From the NCBI GenBank assembly GCA_028534125.1, contig CM052818.1:42162001-42226000 (forward strand): 64,000 nucleotides of DNA, given 5' to 3'. Both the position numbers and the translations under genes were made by a program. The stretch comes from Lama glama (taxonomy: Eukaryota). Positions 61,732 through 64,000 of the stretch are shown here, piece after piece. Numbering within the stretch: the first letter of the stretch is position 1; every line of letters begins with the position of its first letter. The notes below the pieces were generated by a model. It had not been told where the DNA came from and ran no database searches. It saw only the letters and a list, made by a program, of their open reading frames with translations.

Positions 61732-64000
61732 GTAAGTATTAGTGATGCTGTGTCACTTGGCTTGTGGGTTTTGTAGACAGACCAGCCCTTCGTGAGACAC
61801 GGAGAAGGAAACAGTTTGCCTTGAATGAGGAGAGTGACTTAATGCAAGTGCAATTTTAGGACTTCTTTTGAAACATCAGATTTATCTCAAGCATGTTTTA
61901 TTTAACTTGGGTTTCATTTTTGGCAACAATATTTGCAGATATCAGAAAAGCAAATAACCTAACAGTAGTCTTGTTACTTGCATTTGCCTGTTTAGACATT
62001 CACATTGATTAAGTCCAGCTATTCTGAGTGCTTTATGCTCAGTGATGTCTCAGTGACCTTTGAAGTAGGTGTTGTCAGGATGATGATGAGGGCCGTGACG
62101 TTTAGCTGGGCCTCCAGCTGGCGGGGGATCAGAAGTGCCCCTGCTCAAGTTCCCGACTGCCTTGGTGCTTCCATTTTGTTCCTGGTTGGGAGCGATTATT
62201 TGTCCAGACATTTGTGTATTCATCCTGTGACTGAGCTTCTGTTTTAGACAGACCAGGCGCTCCTTTGTGCCTTAATAGTCATGTAGAATATACATACATA
62301 CACAGGTAAAGCCAGTGTGGTGAACGGTGAACTCAGGTGGAAGGTATACTGGTGTTTCATTGTGTAATCATTTCAGCTTTTCAGTAGCTATGAAATTTGT
62401 CAAAATGAAAGGTTGAGGGAAAAAAGGAAAAACAGGTGAGTGTGGAGGACTTAAGGCGAGAGAAAGTAGGCAGGCTGTGAAGGGCCATTTCAGTGCAGCG
62501 GAGCCAAGGGTATTTGTGACAGAGGGGCCGGGACAGGGAAAGGCACTGAGGACTGTCATGTTCTGTGAAACCTTGTTGCACCTTGGCGTCTTTGAATCCT
62601 CTGTGCTTTCACTTCGCTCCTTACTGAAGTATTGGAATCTGCTCTGCTGTGTACTCCCCTTCCTTCTCTGGCCTGAAGCTTCGGTATTGGAGTCTCTCAA
62701 AAGAAAATTGCTTGTGCACTGACAGACTGAGTGGGGGGAAATAATGAATTACAAATTGAAGGCTCTGCTGTATGATAAACTTCTTGAAATGCGGCAAGTG
62801 TGTTTTAATTATGTGAGTGCCTTTTAAATGCATCTTGCAGCTAAACTTACAGTCATTCTGCATAGCCTTCCCCTACCCTGAAGTAACTTGGAGGTTGAGA
62901 GGACTGGTTCTCTTGTCAGGTGGCAGGTACTGTTCTCATGGAACTTCGTGTTTGTTAAAGGTCGCCGTTGTGTTGAGGTGGATGGACATTGACCGAAAAC
63001 AATGCTGCTGACACGTATGTTCTTGTCTCTCACAAGGCTGCTAGGCTGTAAAAAGAGACCATGCAAAATTCAATATATGCATTGACCAAAGTTCCAAATG
63101 AATGTCAGTGTCATCCAAATGAGATAGTTTTATCTGTTCATTTATTTCTTCAGCATCAGATCACAGCTCCAGGAATCAGGAACAAAAAGGTAGCAGCCCT
63201 CAAGGGGCTTACTGTACCAGAGGATGCAGCCGTGTCCACAGATGAGGGCAGTAAGCTCCGGCAGGTGCCAGGTTAGCGTTCAGTACCCGGGAGGACGGAA
63301 GGAGCCTGGGCTCAGGAGGCAGATGCCTGGGATTGGGATTCTGGATCATCGCTTCCCACTGGCATACTAGGCTCTTGACAACATATGTGAAGGCACTTGA
63401 TAAACAATAAAATGTTCTACGGTGTTAATTATTATTGTTTTTATTTTTAAGATGAAAATTTTAGGGAAATAACGTAAAAATGAACAAAACTGACTTTTCT
63501 GTTATTGCTTCTGCTGCCTTTTTAATATAGAATATTGTTGTGAAAAGAACACAGGCTTTTTGAAGTCCTGTTTCTTCGAGAAATGCTGATTCCATGAGAA
63601 GACAGAAGTAGTCAGAATATTCTCATACGATCTCACCACCTGCCTACACCTGCACATAGATGCCGTATCTTTTTTCTCGTTATTGCGGATGAACTGCATT
63701 TTGCCCCAGCTGAGGCCAGCTCCTCCATTGTCCACTAGACCTCACACTTTTGATGTTTGAAGGATGTTTTTCCAAATCCTTAATCTTGCTGTCTCTTAGG
63801 TGTATCAACATACAGCATGCGTTCATTTCCCCTATTGTAAAAACTCTTCAGTTTTGGAGGATTTAGAGCCTCCTAAACCCTGCTACCACCCTTTCTTTCC
63901 TTTTCTTCAACATGTTCAAGAGTCATCTGTACCTGATCTAACTCCTCTTTTTTCCATTCTCTCCTTGAATTTGCCTGAATGGGGCTTTATCTCCACCGTT

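Noticed and set aside
1..64000. CRISPR array, prokaryotic operon or other novel multi-gene system
   Set aside because: The sequence is intron/exon-structured mammalian DNA. There are no regularly spaced repeats with unique spacers and no long unexplained ORFs.

Overview
Mammalian genomic DNA, most likely a camelid (tRNA-derived SINEs of the camelid Vic-1 type and cetartiodactyl-type L1 3' ends; no Alu, B1, Bov or PRE elements recognised). The window holds ~16 kb of repeat-dense upstream DNA, a CpG-island promoter, and the first 10 coding exons of NBAS on the + strand (ATG at 15971, exon 10 ends at 61731). All introns are GT-AG and the exons join into an open 885-nt, 295-aa frame covering the N-terminal beta-propeller region; the gene continues past the window. 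The rest is mostly L1, L2, MIR, SINE, ERV/MaLR LTR and MER/Tigger relics. I see no new gene or multi-gene system. The best leads are: (1) a (TG)13 tract fused to four tandem GTAAGT donors behind a plausible acceptor in intron 3, a candidate TDP-43-type poison exon in an NMD-factor gene; (2) a PBX-HOX / PBX-MEIS / TCF motif cluster in intron 9; (3) a burst of A/T->G/C amino-acid changes in exon 8 with nearby micro-inversions, suggesting a past recombination hotspot; (4) a possible 4-nt micro-exon in intron 9. Repeat family names and the comparisons with human NBAS and repeat consensi come from my recall, not from a search. Repeat boundaries are approximate unless TSDs or TIRs are quoted.
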